NCBI GenBank assembly: GCA_002254405.1
Contig: NJDH01000003.1
Span: 5,080 to 69,079 of the forward strand
Reading direction: 5' to 3'
Source of the DNA: Candidatus Altiarchaeales archaeon ex4484_96
Lineage (GTDB): Archaea > Altiarchaeota > Altiarchaeia > IMC4 > QMZM01
Length of the DNA: 64,000 bases
The position numbers and the translations under genes are program-made. Under the pieces are notes generated by a model. The model ran no database searches and had not been told where the DNA came from. It saw nothing but the letters and a program-made list of their open reading frames with translations. This document shows positions 29,254-39,233 of this stretch, piece by piece (the stretch's first letter is position 1; every line of letters starts with the position of its first letter).

Positions 29254-29388
29254 TTTTTTTTGCAGGTAGTCTACCAGCTCGGGTTCGATTCCCCTATCCT
29301 CAACAACGCGTTTTATTTTCTTGGGGTCTTCACCTGCCTGAAGCTGTTTTTTAATCCACTCTATTGTCTGCTCTCGTTTTTTCACCAT
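29245..29388 (-). CDS. 47-aa ORF missing from the track; probable out-of-frame cytoplasmic tail of the upstream gene
   Basis: MVKKREQTIEWIKKQLQAGEDPKKIKRVVEDRGIEPELVDYLQKKLI*; one extra A in the A7 run (29399-29405) fuses it to 29382-30272. Confidence 0.6.
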   Translation of the reverse strand: MVKKREQTIEWIKKQLQAGEDPKKIKRVVEDRGIEPELVDYLQKKLI

Positions 29389-30272
29389 CCTCGCATGCTT
29401 TTTTTCTTGTTTAAGGAGGCGACCATGAAATAAACCAAAACCAGCGCGATTAAGCTGGCAGCATATACTATGATATCGTCTATTTCATTGCTATCTGGTG
29501 TAATATATGTGGTTGAGGTGGTTGTTGTTTCAGCAATACAATCTGGGTCTTCTCCGGGGGCGCAGTCTGGGTCGCATATTGCATCGGCTGTGTAAACGCA
29601 GAATCCGTCTTTTGTCTGGGGGGGGCAGTCTATTCGACAAACCAGGTAATCCTCTCCCTCATCACATAATCCGTTACCACACTCTGTTGTGCAGTCGGGG
29701 TCTTGTCCTATTTGACAATCTGGGTCGCATTTAAGGTCCTCCAATCCGTCGCATAAGCCGTCTTCTAATCCTGATGGGCAGTCTTGTGGGCAGTTATGGT
29801 TGTTTTCCCCCGGCTCGCAGATTGAATCAAAATTGCATTGGAGCGTTATGGCTTCCTTGACATATATCTTGGGGGTGTTGGAGTAATATCTGCTGTCATC
29901 AGCTAAAATTAACTCAGCCTGCGCAACATCATATTCTTTTTCGCGCACCGGCTGGGGTATGGATTCAAATGTGAGGGTGTAGTTGTATTCTCTTTTACTT
30001 AAGGCGTCAACCGATACATTCAAATTTAATGTTCCACCCACCCCGCTTGGTTTAAACACCCCGCATTCTTTAGGTGAGGCGAACGGGGGATAGCCTTCAA
30101 TCAGTACCCCTGAAATAATCTTATCTTCTTTGTTTTCTATGCTAAGGTATACTATAATCTCGTCCCCGCTTCTTATCTCTGTTGCCGAGTAGCTTTTGGT
30201 CAGCTCAACGCTTGCGTTAACAGATAAAATAAACGATATTAATACCAGGATAAATATTATTTTTTTCAACAT
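29382..30272 (-). CDS. Membrane-anchored surface protein: signal peptide, Ig-like (DUF11-like) domain, Cys/Asp-rich repeats, Thr linker, C-terminal TM
   Basis: Start MLKKIIF at 30272; VELTKS...GDEIIVYLSIEN; two CxxDxxC...CPxDC/CDPDC...DPDC units. Confidence 0.75.
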   Translation of the reverse strand: MLKKIIFILVLISFILSVNASVELTKSYSATEIRSGDEIIVYLSIENKEDKIISGVLIEGYPPFASPKECGVFKPSGVGGTLNLNVSVDALSKREYNYTLTFESIPQPVREKEYDVAQAELILADDSRYYSNTPKIYVKEAITLQCNFDSICEPGENNHNCPQDCPSGLEDGLCDGLEDLKCDPDCQIGQDPDCTTECGNGLCDEGEDYLVCRIDCPPQTKDGFCVYTADAICDPDCAPGEDPDCIAETTTTSTTYITPDSNEIDDIIVYAASLIALVLVYFMVASLNKKKSMRGW

Positions 30273-33163
30273 TTGCTTTCCTCCATGACCCGTACCCAGT
30301 CCACTGTTTGATCGTATTTGAAACATATGTTTTCTCCCAGGTTCTGGTGGATGTATATGTTATATTCGGTATCCCAGCTTGTGTGGGTTACTAGCTCGGG
30401 TCTTCCATGGCTGGTTAGGTAATCTTCTACCTGATTGAAGTAGACTGCTGCGTAGCTTTCCCACACGCTCACATCCATGATGTCGCAGATGTGTGTTGTT
30501 CCGCCGCTATCATAGCAGTCTATGATTGCCTGGCTTACCTGCGCTACCCTTGTATCCAGGGGCAGCATATAATGTAATTCCACGCTGCTGCAGGCTCCAT
30601 CGAATTTAGCTGCATCCATCCAGTGATCCCATCCATAATCGTTCCATGTGATGGTTCTTGCCCCCCCCTGGCATGTGCAGGAGCCGCAGGTGGAAAACCA
30701 GCTTGTGATGGGGGCCCATGTATGACAGCATGTGATATCCATAGCCCACCAGCTTCCCGAATCGGACTGGTACATGACAACACTATGTTCGGTTGTTGCT
30801 GTATCAAAGCGCACACCATATGCTCTGCCCGGGGGGACCCCCACGGTCCTGATAAGCGATAAGAGCACTATAGACCAGTGAGTGCATACTCCTCTAAGAG
30901 AGGGGTTGTTTATGAGTTGACTGGCTGTGTTGTCTGCGCAGGCTGCTCCACCGTACTGGTGTATTGAGTGTAGTTCGGTGAATATTTTTTCCACTGCATT
31001 ATCAAAGCTTCCGCCGGCGACTTCCGATGCTAATGAGGGGTCTGATAGAACCCATTCATTGATTTTGGTTTGCATGGGGGGCTCGGGGTCGCATATTTCT
31101 ATTCCCCCGTTTATGTAGTCTGTGATGTGGTCGTAGATGGTTTTAGGCCATGTTGGCAGGTTAACATATTGCATGGTGCATACGACATCTTTTTGCGGTT
31201 CAACGGGTTCGCCTAAACATGAGCCTGTGACTGTTAATTCCACTGTTTCGTCGTCTGTGTTGCTTGCTGAGTCGGTTACGGTTAGTGTTATCGTGTATGT
31301 TCCCTGTGTGGTGTAGTCGTGTGTTGTTGTTTCCCCTGAGCCGGTTGCTCCATCCCCGAAATCCCACGCATATGCTGTGTAGGGTGTTGTTCCCCCGGTT
31401 GCGCTTCCTGTTAAGCTGACTGTTAAGGGGGCTGCTCCGGTGAGGGGGTTGGCATCAATTGATGCCGTAAGCGCTGGTATGGTCACGGTTATGTCTTGGG
31501 TGGCTTGGTCTGTATCGGCGTTATCGTCTTCTACTGTCAGCGTTATCGTGTATGTTCCCTGTGTGGTGTAGTCGTGTGTTGTTGTCTGCCCTGAGCCTGT
31601 TGACCCATCTGCGAAATCCCACACGTAGGAGTAGGGTGCGGTTCCACCGGTTGCGCTTCCTGTTAAGCTGACTGTTAAGGGAGCCGCTCCTGTGAGAGGA
31701 TTAGCAGAAAATGATGCTTGCAAATCCCCATCTCCGTCACCGTCTCCATCACCATCCCCGTCGCCACCACCACCATCATAGCAGGCGTAGGTGCTGCAGT
31801 CTAGCTGGGGCAGGGTACTTAGATGATCCATACAGTGTTCGCAGAATCCTATTGGCTCGGCGGCCCCCCCCGGACCCATTATGCAGCGCCCTCCGTTGGG
31901 GTTTAGGTTACCTAAGCAGGTTATTTCTATGGGGCTGGGGCATGATGTCCCTCCAGCACAATAGTCTGAGGTAAACCCTGGAGCGGGGTCGCTTCCGCTC
32001 ATTGATGCATCCAGGCAGTTAGCTGCTGGATTCTCTAAACCGTATCCACCGCATCTACAGGCATCATAGTATTCGTCGTTTAAGCCCCATTTGTTTCCTA
32101 GCTCATGTAAAACAGAGGCTCTGTGAACTGATTCCGCGATGATTATTTTAGCCAAGTTTGGGTCTGTCTTATAAACCCATCCTGCATGGCTCCCGCAGAC
32201 GTCGGTATCTATAAAACCCACCGCATAATCGTAGGTTTCACCTGTTGCATCAGCGCATGCTTTAACCGCCGACAGGGCGTTAACCATCATCGAATCGTTG
32301 CAGAATCCAGAATTAAGTGATGCTGTGCAGGCAGTATCTGATCTTATTATTTTAATTGATGTAGGACAGTCTTTGAGAGGTGTGTTTTGGGTTATCAGGT
32401 TTTTCTGCTCCTCGACGCTGCCTTCGTATGTGCCTGAAAAAGCCCAGTTTAGGGGGATGAATAACAGGGTCAGCTTGGGTTCAGCTATTATTATGTTAAT
32501 GGAGTCGCTTCCGCTTTTCTGGGGGCTGCTGCTGTCTGTTACGCTGTAGGTGATAGTGTGCCCTCCCACGGAAAGGCTATCGTTTATGAAATCCGACACA
32601 TCTCCCATGTTGTCAAGCAGTTCAAAGAGCTGTCCATTAATACTTGAGCTCCATCTGTGGTCGTAGTTGGCTGTTCCCCCTGATACGCTCCCAAAGAAAT
32701 GTATTTCCTCGCCCTCCCCAAAGCATGCTCCGTCGGCGGGGTATTCTATCACAACGGTTAAATCCCCATCTCCGTCCCCGTCACCATCCCCATTTACTCC
32801 CGGCACATCGCATGCTTCCATCACATCAACATCCTCCATTAAAAGATCCGCTAAGGCGATGAATCCCACGATTATGACCACCCCCAGTATGGTGTTGAAT
32901 ATGATGTGTTTGCCTTGGTTTTTTATGCCCGGGTCGGTGCTCAACTGCATCAATCCTCCTAAGGCGAATAAAACGAACATTATGGGAACCAGAAGAGTCA
33001 TTATAACGCAGAGTATGGGCACGATTAGACAGGTTAGTCTCCCCAAGTAATCTGTTTGGGGGGCGGGGCATATTTCCTCGAGAGATTGTGCTGTAACACT
33101 GGAGGATATAATAAATATTAGCAGAAGATAAATGAGTTTTTTTTTGTTATTGCTGGATGACAT
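30266..33163 (-). CDS. Pilin-hairpin-anchored multidomain protein: Ig-like, zincin-like, 2x PKD and transglutaminase-like domains
   Basis: N-terminal hairpin GGLMQLSTDPGIKNQGKHIIFNTILG; (GD)n linkers; HELGNKWGLNDEY; two WDF[AG]DG PKD domains; C-H-D triad GVCTHWS/EHSVV/WWAMDIT. Confidence 0.8.
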   Translation of the reverse strand: MSSSNNKKKLIYLLLIFIISSSVTAQSLEEICPAPQTDYLGRLTCLIVPILCVIMTLLVPIMFVLFALGGLMQLSTDPGIKNQGKHIIFNTILGVVIIVGFIALADLLMEDVDVMEACDVPGVNGDGDGDGDGDLTVVIEYPADGACFGEGEEIHFFGSVSGGTANYDHRWSSSINGQLFELLDNMGDVSDFINDSLSVGGHTITYSVTDSSSPQKSGSDSINIIIAEPKLTLLFIPLNWAFSGTYEGSVEEQKNLITQNTPLKDCPTSIKIIRSDTACTASLNSGFCNDSMMVNALSAVKACADATGETYDYAVGFIDTDVCGSHAGWVYKTDPNLAKIIIAESVHRASVLHELGNKWGLNDEYYDACRCGGYGLENPAANCLDASMSGSDPAPGFTSDYCAGGTSCPSPIEITCLGNLNPNGGRCIMGPGGAAEPIGFCEHCMDHLSTLPQLDCSTYACYDGGGGDGDGDGDGDGDGDLQASFSANPLTGAAPLTVSLTGSATGGTAPYSYVWDFADGSTGSGQTTTHDYTTQGTYTITLTVEDDNADTDQATQDITVTIPALTASIDANPLTGAAPLTVSLTGSATGGTTPYTAYAWDFGDGATGSGETTTHDYTTQGTYTITLTVTDSASNTDDETVELTVTGSCLGEPVEPQKDVVCTMQYVNLPTWPKTIYDHITDYINGGIEICDPEPPMQTKINEWVLSDPSLASEVAGGSFDNAVEKIFTELHSIHQYGGAACADNTASQLINNPSLRGVCTHWSIVLLSLIRTVGVPPGRAYGVRFDTATTEHSVVMYQSDSGSWWAMDITCCHTWAPITSWFSTCGSCTCQGGARTITWNDYGWDHWMDAAKFDGACSSVELHYMLPLDTRVAQVSQAIIDCYDSGGTTHICDIMDVSVWESYAAVYFNQVEDYLTSHGRPELVTHTSWDTEYNIYIHQNLGENICFKYDQTVDWVRVMEESKC
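31287..31585. repeat. Intragenic PKD duplication with 255-bp period
   Basis: Identical 44-mer at 31287-31330 and 31542-31585, plus a further shared block CCGGTTGCGCTTCCTGTTAAGCTGACTGTTAAGGG. Confidence 0.9.
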
Positions 33164-33228
33164 CTTCGGGTTTTTGTTTTTTTATTGAATATATTACTTG
33201 TTGAACTATAATATAACCATTTACCAAA
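33164..33228. promoter_or_regulatory. Divergent promoter spacer for the two arms of the pilin/VirB6-like cluster
   Basis: 65-bp AT-rich spacer with TATA-like TTTTATT, AATATATT and TATAATATA between divergent starts. Confidence 0.45.
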
Positions 33229-36200
33229 ATGACGAGATATTATTTTATCCCGCACTCTGTTGTTGTTTTGCTTTTTTTTTCATTTAGCTTGGTCTCTCTT
33301 GTAATTAATGTTGAGGCATGTGTATCATCACCAGAGTGCCCTGATAGATGCCCATACCTTGGAAATGGTTGGGGGTGCTATTATGATAATGAATGCACAA
33401 TCCTTTGTGAATACTGTGGTGAAATATACCCTGTAACCGAGGCTGAAGACTGTGACTGGGGTGATACAAACTGTATCAACCAGCCTCATCTGCCTCTCAC
33501 CGATGATATACCACCTGACTACGAGAATGTCGGGATTGCCTCTTTTGGAGAAGCATATTATTATCGCAGAGGATTTATTGATGTTGTTGAAAGCGGCACT
33601 CCTGAGGCGCAGATAAGCATATCACCCGATGTTTATCTGAAGGAAGTCAGCGAAGATTTTTATTGCTTTAAGACTCTGCTTCTTGATTTAGACATATGTG
33701 AGGTGATAGGCGGCAGCGTAGATAATACAGACTATGATCTTGTATCGAGCAAAGAAAGAGCCACAAGACAATTTGAGAGGGATGAGGCTTATTCTTTCAA
33801 CTATGGCTCGAATCCCATAGCAAGATGTTACAGGACGGCGGATTTAGGCCGGGGTGTGACCGAGCAACAGGAGATGCAGCTTGTAATAACTCCAACTAAT
33901 CTTGTGGTGGCCGCCCAGAAACCATCGTATAGCTGCAGCCAGTATGCCACAGAGCAGGCATGTCAGTCAACCGGGGTTTGCGAGTGGGACGAGGTGTGGC
34001 TGAGATGTGAGTTTGTTCCATATGAGGGTTTCACAGAAGAAAACCAGGTGATGTTCTGGCTTATGGAACCTGAAAGATGCTATGCCTTGGATATTTATGG
34101 GGCTGGCTCCACATATAAGTGGACCTTGATTAACGACCCGGCATATAAGGCTCTGGTAGAGCACTATCATAGCAGGTCCGGTTTTGGTCCGTTGACGGAC
34201 CCGCCCCCCGAAGTTGACGCTGATGATTTGCCCAAGGACCTCAAGCCCTCGTATCATGTTGAGCTTTTTTTCGGGGCTGATGAGGTTTACGCTACTTTCT
34301 TCGAGAAATGGGCTAAACATTATATTAAGGAGCTTGGGGGCATGGATGAGTCGGAGAGGCTTTACTGCTATAAGACGGATTTATGGGATACCAGCTACTG
34401 CTATGAGCTGCCTTATCACCTGTATTCTTTTCTTGAAGACAACAGTCTTGTTTTGATTGATGATGTATACATCAACAACATAAAACTGTGGAACGACTTC
34501 CAGTACATAAATGAGATGCCAGCAAAGAATCTTATAACATATGATGTGCCCGGAATTAATGTTGTATACATAATGGGTCCTCCGCTGGAGGATGAAGAGC
34601 GTCTTTGGCACGGGCTCTGGATTAAGTTTTTCACAGTAAGCCCGATGATTCAGTTATCCGGTGCTGGGGGGGCATCCAGGTGGGCTCAGACGAGGGTTGA
34701 GACAGAGGAGTATGTTGGTTCCGGTATGGATAGGAGGGATGCATGTGAATATAGCTGCGTTTATACTGAGGAGGAATCAGATAATCCATGCCGTCTCCTT
34801 GAAGAGTGCGATCCGTTTGACCCCATGGATGATGACGAAACCCAATATGAGCATTGTCCTAATGAAAATCCTCATTATGACCTATGCTCGGGTTTTGATT
34901 CAGATGAGGATCCTGATAGCGTTGATCAGATTGGTTCATGCAGTATCTATCGGGGGGTGGATGATGAGTGTGTATCGGATACGGGGGATTATCCAACATG
35001 CTTGGAGTGGCGTGTTAATCCACCATCGGCTAGTGACTGCTGGGGTGGTCTAAATGAGGTTGAACCCTGTGAGGTTATATCGCAGTATCAGCTTATGCGG
35101 GATTGTCCACCAGAGGAATGTAGGGATGCTGGCTATGGTCAGGGGGGTTTCGAGAAGGTGGAGGTGCCGTGGTATGAGCGTATTTGGGGTTCAGGTAATG
35201 AATACTGTGTCTGGAAGCTTTTATCTCAATACCCTGATTGTACCAGTTGTCTGGAAGGCTCTCAGGGTGTTGGTTACACCATTGTTGAACAAAAGCAGGA
35301 GGCTCCAGGACCTCTTTGCCTCACAAAGTACATACTGGAAGGTGGTGTCAAGGCTACGACAACAATCAAGATTAGATACAATGGTAGTCTCACCCCTGAT
35401 GAGGTTTACAGGGTTGAGATACACAATATAAGCGACAATATATGGATGACGGAGTTTGAGCAATCTAGTAAACCCTATTTCAAGTTAATAGACACCGCTG
35501 ATATACCCTTCCAGGTTACCTGTGCTTATCTGGTTGCTTCACCGCGTTTTGACTGTGAATTTGAGGCTGGTTGCTCTAATGTCCAGATTGTAAGATACAT
35601 GAGATCTAAAATGGGCAGGTGGTCTAGGCTTACCTTAGATTCGGATGTGCTTAAATCTGATGTTATAAATGATATTCACATGAATGTGGAGTTTGAAGTG
35701 AAACAGGATTATTTAACCGGTCTTAGGGAGGATAGGTTTTATACGGCATGCGACAGGTTAAACTGCAACTGTGAGGAATGTTTGTGCCCCTGTAAATGTC
35801 CTGAGATACATACACCCACCTATCAGTTTATCCTAGCTGACAGTAACACAGGATATAACGATGATGTCTGCGGCGGGGTGAGCGAGAAGGTTATGCTTTT
35901 ATGTCCCTGCCCGCTTTGTTGTTATCCTCCCCGCTCCTCATGGTATGATATGTGCTGGCATCAGTGGAGGGAGGAAATAAAGTCATGGTATCATGAGCAG
36001 ACGACCTCAACGATATCCGACAGCTTTGAGGTATTCAACTGGGAGAAAGAAGGTTGGGTGTATAACAGCCCATCAGGTGAGGATGAGCCTATTGAACATT
36101 ATCTGGAGCTGGATGCCACAAGATACAAAGACGGGGATATCATATCCACCCAGGGGTTCATCAACTTCACAATAAGCCCTAATATCTTTCGGGGGATGGA

Positions 36201-38025
36201 GTTGTATGTTAATGACTCCGAGGGATTCTATCATAAGCTTATCAGCGTGGTAGGGCATTATCTCACAAGGAAAAAATCAAGCCCCCTCCCGGATACGAAG
36301 GAATATAAATTCGACAGCAGATACGGTTACGAGCTTGACAGGTACGGGTATCCCGAGCAGTGCAAGAAGATATGTGAGCCGCCTCCAAGATGCGAATGCG
36401 ATCCCTCTGATATAACGGCTCCCCTCTGTTACAACATGGATTTGATAGTGTATCGCGCTGATATCGAGGATTTGCTTTGTGAGTATTATTCCGACGACCC
36501 TGTTGTGACAAGGATATGCGATGATGGCTCGATAACAGATGACCAGCAGATAATCGACGATTTATGCACCCGATACCTTAATGAGGTGGGTGTTGTTAAA
36601 TGCGAGCTGGATCATAACAGGGTATACTGTTTCGATCAATACATGGACGATGACCTTTATATGGCCTGCTACGGGGATCATCTAACAGCACCAGAGGACT
36701 GTGTTTGCACTCCGGATAAGAGATACGATAACCCCTGCACCTCAGAGAGGGATTTCCATGAGGATGAGGGGAGCATTATAGTAAACGGCGATTTCGAGAT
36801 GGGCTTTCAGTCGAATAAACTCGGGCCCTGGGATGGTGATGGTGTTGTTTTCTGGATGGGTAGAAACGGTTACGCTCTTCAATTAGCTGACGGGCAGGCT
36901 GTGGAGCAGCAGATACCCGAGTATGTGTCTAATGACCCGGCTAATGATATGCTTTGTCTGGAGTATGGTGTGGACTCTTTTGTTGGAGGGGGGGAAATCC
37001 ATATTGTCATCATAGAAAACACCGAAGAGGATGGTCGAGGCGATGAGCTTGCCAGGTATACTCTCTATGCGCCCGAGGATTGTCCCCCGGATCTTTCAGA
37101 GGATGAAAAATACTGGATTAGGGCGTGTGTTGATGGTGTGCCTGAAAAGATACCGGGCAATATACTGCGGATTGAGGTGGGAGGAAACGATTTCGTCATA
37201 GACAACATCAACGTGGGTAAATACTATGATTTTGTTGTATCGCATAACGAGGATATCGAGAATATGACCTGGAGCGACCAGTGGGCTTCGCAGTCTAGCG
37301 CTGGGATTTATGAGCTTATGGTTAACGATATCGACCATGGCTCATCTGATAGTGTTTTCCCGGGCGGACATTACTATACCATCTACTTTAAGAGCTTGCC
37401 TGAGCCCTTCAGGGAGCTGCCTTCCTCAAGTGAGCTTTATGATGTTATATCCAAGCAGGCTTTCATGGAGGGGAGCGTTAAAATACACACCTATTACATG
37501 ACCCGCGAGATACCCTTAAGCTCGGCGGACAAGTTCAAGATAAGGGATGCTATGGAGTTGACTTACTGGATGGAACCTGATAATCTGGCGTTGTTCCCCG
37601 GCACCGAAGTGACCGTTAAGCTAAAATTGTATAACCTGGATGAAAAACGTGGTGAATCAGGTAAGAGGGTTTATGTTTGGAGCAGCGATGTCGCTGATTT
37701 ATCCGCGCTAAGCCCCTCTGGTTTAAGCGAGGAAGATGGGCAGTATTATGTTGTCACAGGGGCTGATGGTACCGCTGAATTCACTATTGTTCCCTCAGAC
37801 ACCGTTTCTTTGGAGATAAAGCATTTTGGTGATGAGGACCCCTCGGGCCACACGACAAAGAAGGTGTTGAGGGTTAATGTGTTGTCGATATATACTCCGT
37901 TTCTTTCTCCGCAGACGCTTGTCTTGTTGTTGATTTTGATTGTGGCAGCGTTCTCTTATAAGTTTCTTGGAGTGGGTCGTATGCAGCTTGAGGGTTGGTT
38001 GGATGATCTAAGAGGAAAAAAATAA
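33229..38025 (+). CDS. Giant acidic Cys-rich secreted protein with C-terminal TM anchor
   Basis: Signal peptide (VEA/C), many Cys clusters, CBM-like IVNGDFE...W segment, Ig-like VVTGADGTAEFTI, C-terminal TM and basic tail. Confidence 0.75.
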   Translation: MTRYYFIPHSVVVLLFFSFSLVSLVINVEACVSSPECPDRCPYLGNGWGCYYDNECTILCEYCGEIYPVTEAEDCDWGDTNCINQPHLPLTDDIPPDYENVGIASFGEAYYYRRGFIDVVESGTPEAQISISPDVYLKEVSEDFYCFKTLLLDLDICEVIGGSVDNTDYDLVSSKERATRQFERDEAYSFNYGSNPIARCYRTADLGRGVTEQQEMQLVITPTNLVVAAQKPSYSCSQYATEQACQSTGVCEWDEVWLRCEFVPYEGFTEENQVMFWLMEPERCYALDIYGAGSTYKWTLINDPAYKALVEHYHSRSGFGPLTDPPPEVDADDLPKDLKPSYHVELFFGADEVYATFFEKWAKHYIKELGGMDESERLYCYKTDLWDTSYCYELPYHLYSFLEDNSLVLIDDVYINNIKLWNDFQYINEMPAKNLITYDVPGINVVYIMGPPLEDEERLWHGLWIKFFTVSPMIQLSGAGGASRWAQTRVETEEYVGSGMDRRDACEYSCVYTEEESDNPCRLLEECDPFDPMDDDETQYEHCPNENPHYDLCSGFDSDEDPDSVDQIGSCSIYRGVDDECVSDTGDYPTCLEWRVNPPSASDCWGGLNEVEPCEVISQYQLMRDCPPEECRDAGYGQGGFEKVEVPWYERIWGSGNEYCVWKLLSQYPDCTSCLEGSQGVGYTIVEQKQEAPGPLCLTKYILEGGVKATTTIKIRYNGSLTPDEVYRVEIHNISDNIWMTEFEQSSKPYFKLIDTADIPFQVTCAYLVASPRFDCEFEAGCSNVQIVRYMRSKMGRWSRLTLDSDVLKSDVINDIHMNVEFEVKQDYLTGLREDRFYTACDRLNCNCEECLCPCKCPEIHTPTYQFILADSNTGYNDDVCGGVSEKVMLLCPCPLCCYPPRSSWYDMCWHQWREEIKSWYHEQTTSTISDSFEVFNWEKEGWVYNSPSGEDEPIEHYLELDATRYKDGDIISTQGFINFTISPNIFRGMELYVNDSEGFYHKLISVVGHYLTRKKSSPLPDTKEYKFDSRYGYELDRYGYPEQCKKICEPPPRCECDPSDITAPLCYNMDLIVYRADIEDLLCEYYSDDPVVTRICDDGSITDDQQIIDDLCTRYLNEVGVVKCELDHNRVYCFDQYMDDDLYMACYGDHLTAPEDCVCTPDKRYDNPCTSERDFHEDEGSIIVNGDFEMGFQSNKLGPWDGDGVVFWMGRNGYALQLADGQAVEQQIPEYVSNDPANDMLCLEYGVDSFVGGGEIHIVIIENTEEDGRGDELARYTLYAPEDCPPDLSEDEKYWIRACVDGVPEKIPGNILRIEVGGNDFVIDNINVGKYYDFVVSHNEDIENMTWSDQWASQSSAGIYELMVNDIDHGSSDSVFPGGHYYTIYFKSLPEPFRELPSSSELYDVISKQAFMEGSVKIHTYYMTREIPLSSADKFKIRDAMELTYWMEPDNLALFPGTEVTVKLKLYNLDEKRGESGKRVYVWSSDVADLSALSPSGLSEEDGQYYVVTGADGTAEFTIVPSDTVSLEIKHFGDEDPSGHTTKKVLRVNVLSIYTPFLSPQTLVLLLILIVAAFSYKFLGVGRMQLEGWLDDLRGKK

Positions 38026-38026
38026 C

Positions 38027-39232
38027 ATGAAGCCTTGTTGGAATAAGCTTGTGGCGTCGTTGATTGTGCTGGCTTTATTTTTTAATATGGTGCAGCTTGT
38101 TTCCTCTGATGCTCACAGCCATCCTAAATTAGACCCTACCTCCTTGTTAGGCAGTTTAGAGAAAACCAAGACCGGTTCTGTTGTTGCAGAGCTTTTCACT
38201 AAATCAAATGTTATGCTGGCGCAGCGCGCGTTTTATATTTTTGTTGTTGGATATATCATCAACACGATTGCTGAAGACATTGAAAATAATTTTTCCAAGC
38301 ATATCCTATTAAATCCAGATTTGAAAAACCCGGCGGCATTAAACCTGCTTCGTTACTTTATCGGGTTGCTTTATCCCGTGTATATTCTTGCGATTGTTGT
38401 CACAGGGTTTTATATTATTTTTATCCCTGGCTCTCCTGTCGGCAGGTTCAGGGCGAAGTCGTTGCTGGGTAAGCTTATCATTAGTATGGTTTTGGTTTCA
38501 ATATCCCCTGAGCTGATGGGGTGGCTGCTTTTGTTGACTGAGGAATCCACCCGGGAGATAATAGGGGATGATGAAAACATCAGGGCTTATGTTAGAATAG
38601 CTGCTAATGAGTTTTCCTCTATGATAAAGACCATCCGCAACCTGATTATTTTAGGTAATGCACCGAATCTTTTATGGGCTGGGGCAGGAACTCTAAGCAG
38701 CGTTTTAGGTATATTGAAAGGAAGCGCCCATGGTTTTCTGGGCAACGCAGGGCATTTTATGCACGCTATTGAGATTTTTGAGATAGAGACTGTGTGGACT
38801 GTCCCCCTTCTTATGCTGATGGTTCTTGTGATAATCGGGGTCTATGGTCTGCTTGCCATAAGGTATTTTATGGTATTGCTTTGGGCTATGCTGCTGCCTT
38901 TCACTATTTTTCTCTCATCTTTCGAGTTCACGCGCGGTTTCGGGAAGACCATGCTTGAGCAGACCCTCTTATGGAGCAGCCTGCAGGTTTTTTATGGCAT
39001 CACTATAGTGGTTATTGCCGTGGGTATCACGATTGTTCCATCAAGCATGTATGAGTCCTATGGTATAGGCATCTATAAGGGTGATGTCATAGGATTAGGC
39101 TCGGTTATGGAGTCATTGGATATAGCTGGAGAGCCTTTTTTTGTCAGCATATTCACATGGTCCAGCATGTTTATGTTGTTTTTGGGACCTATTTTGATGT
39201 TCACTTTTTTCCAGAAACTACTTCCACCGTAA
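38027..39232 (+). CDS. VirB6/TrbL/CedA-like polytopic membrane protein, paralog 1
   Basis: ILLNP...PVYILAIVVTGFYIIF..GSPVGRFRAKS...RYFMV..LLPFTIF..SF.FTRGFGKTMLEQTLLW...Q. Confidence 0.65.
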   Translation: MKPCWNKLVASLIVLALFFNMVQLVSSDAHSHPKLDPTSLLGSLEKTKTGSVVAELFTKSNVMLAQRAFYIFVVGYIINTIAEDIENNFSKHILLNPDLKNPAALNLLRYFIGLLYPVYILAIVVTGFYIIFIPGSPVGRFRAKSLLGKLIISMVLVSISPELMGWLLLLTEESTREIIGDDENIRAYVRIAANEFSSMIKTIRNLIILGNAPNLLWAGAGTLSSVLGILKGSAHGFLGNAGHFMHAIEIFEIETVWTVPLLMLMVLVIIGVYGLLAIRYFMVLLWAMLLPFTIFLSSFEFTRGFGKTMLEQTLLWSSLQVFYGITIVVIAVGITIVPSSMYESYGIGIYKGDVIGLGSVMESLDIAGEPFFVSIFTWSSMFMLFLGPILMFTFFQKLLPP

Positions 39233-39233
39233 T

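Noticed and set aside
29270-29300. tRNA-like T-loop GGGTTCGATTCCC
   Set aside because: Only 3 bp of T-stem pair, no acceptor, D or anticodon arms can be formed, and it is explained by RGIEPE codons on the minus strand.
31725-32793. Short tandem repeats (CCATCT/CCGTCA-type hexamers) as a VNTR or CRISPR
   Set aside because: Degenerate at third positions; they encode the two (Gly-Asp)n linkers.
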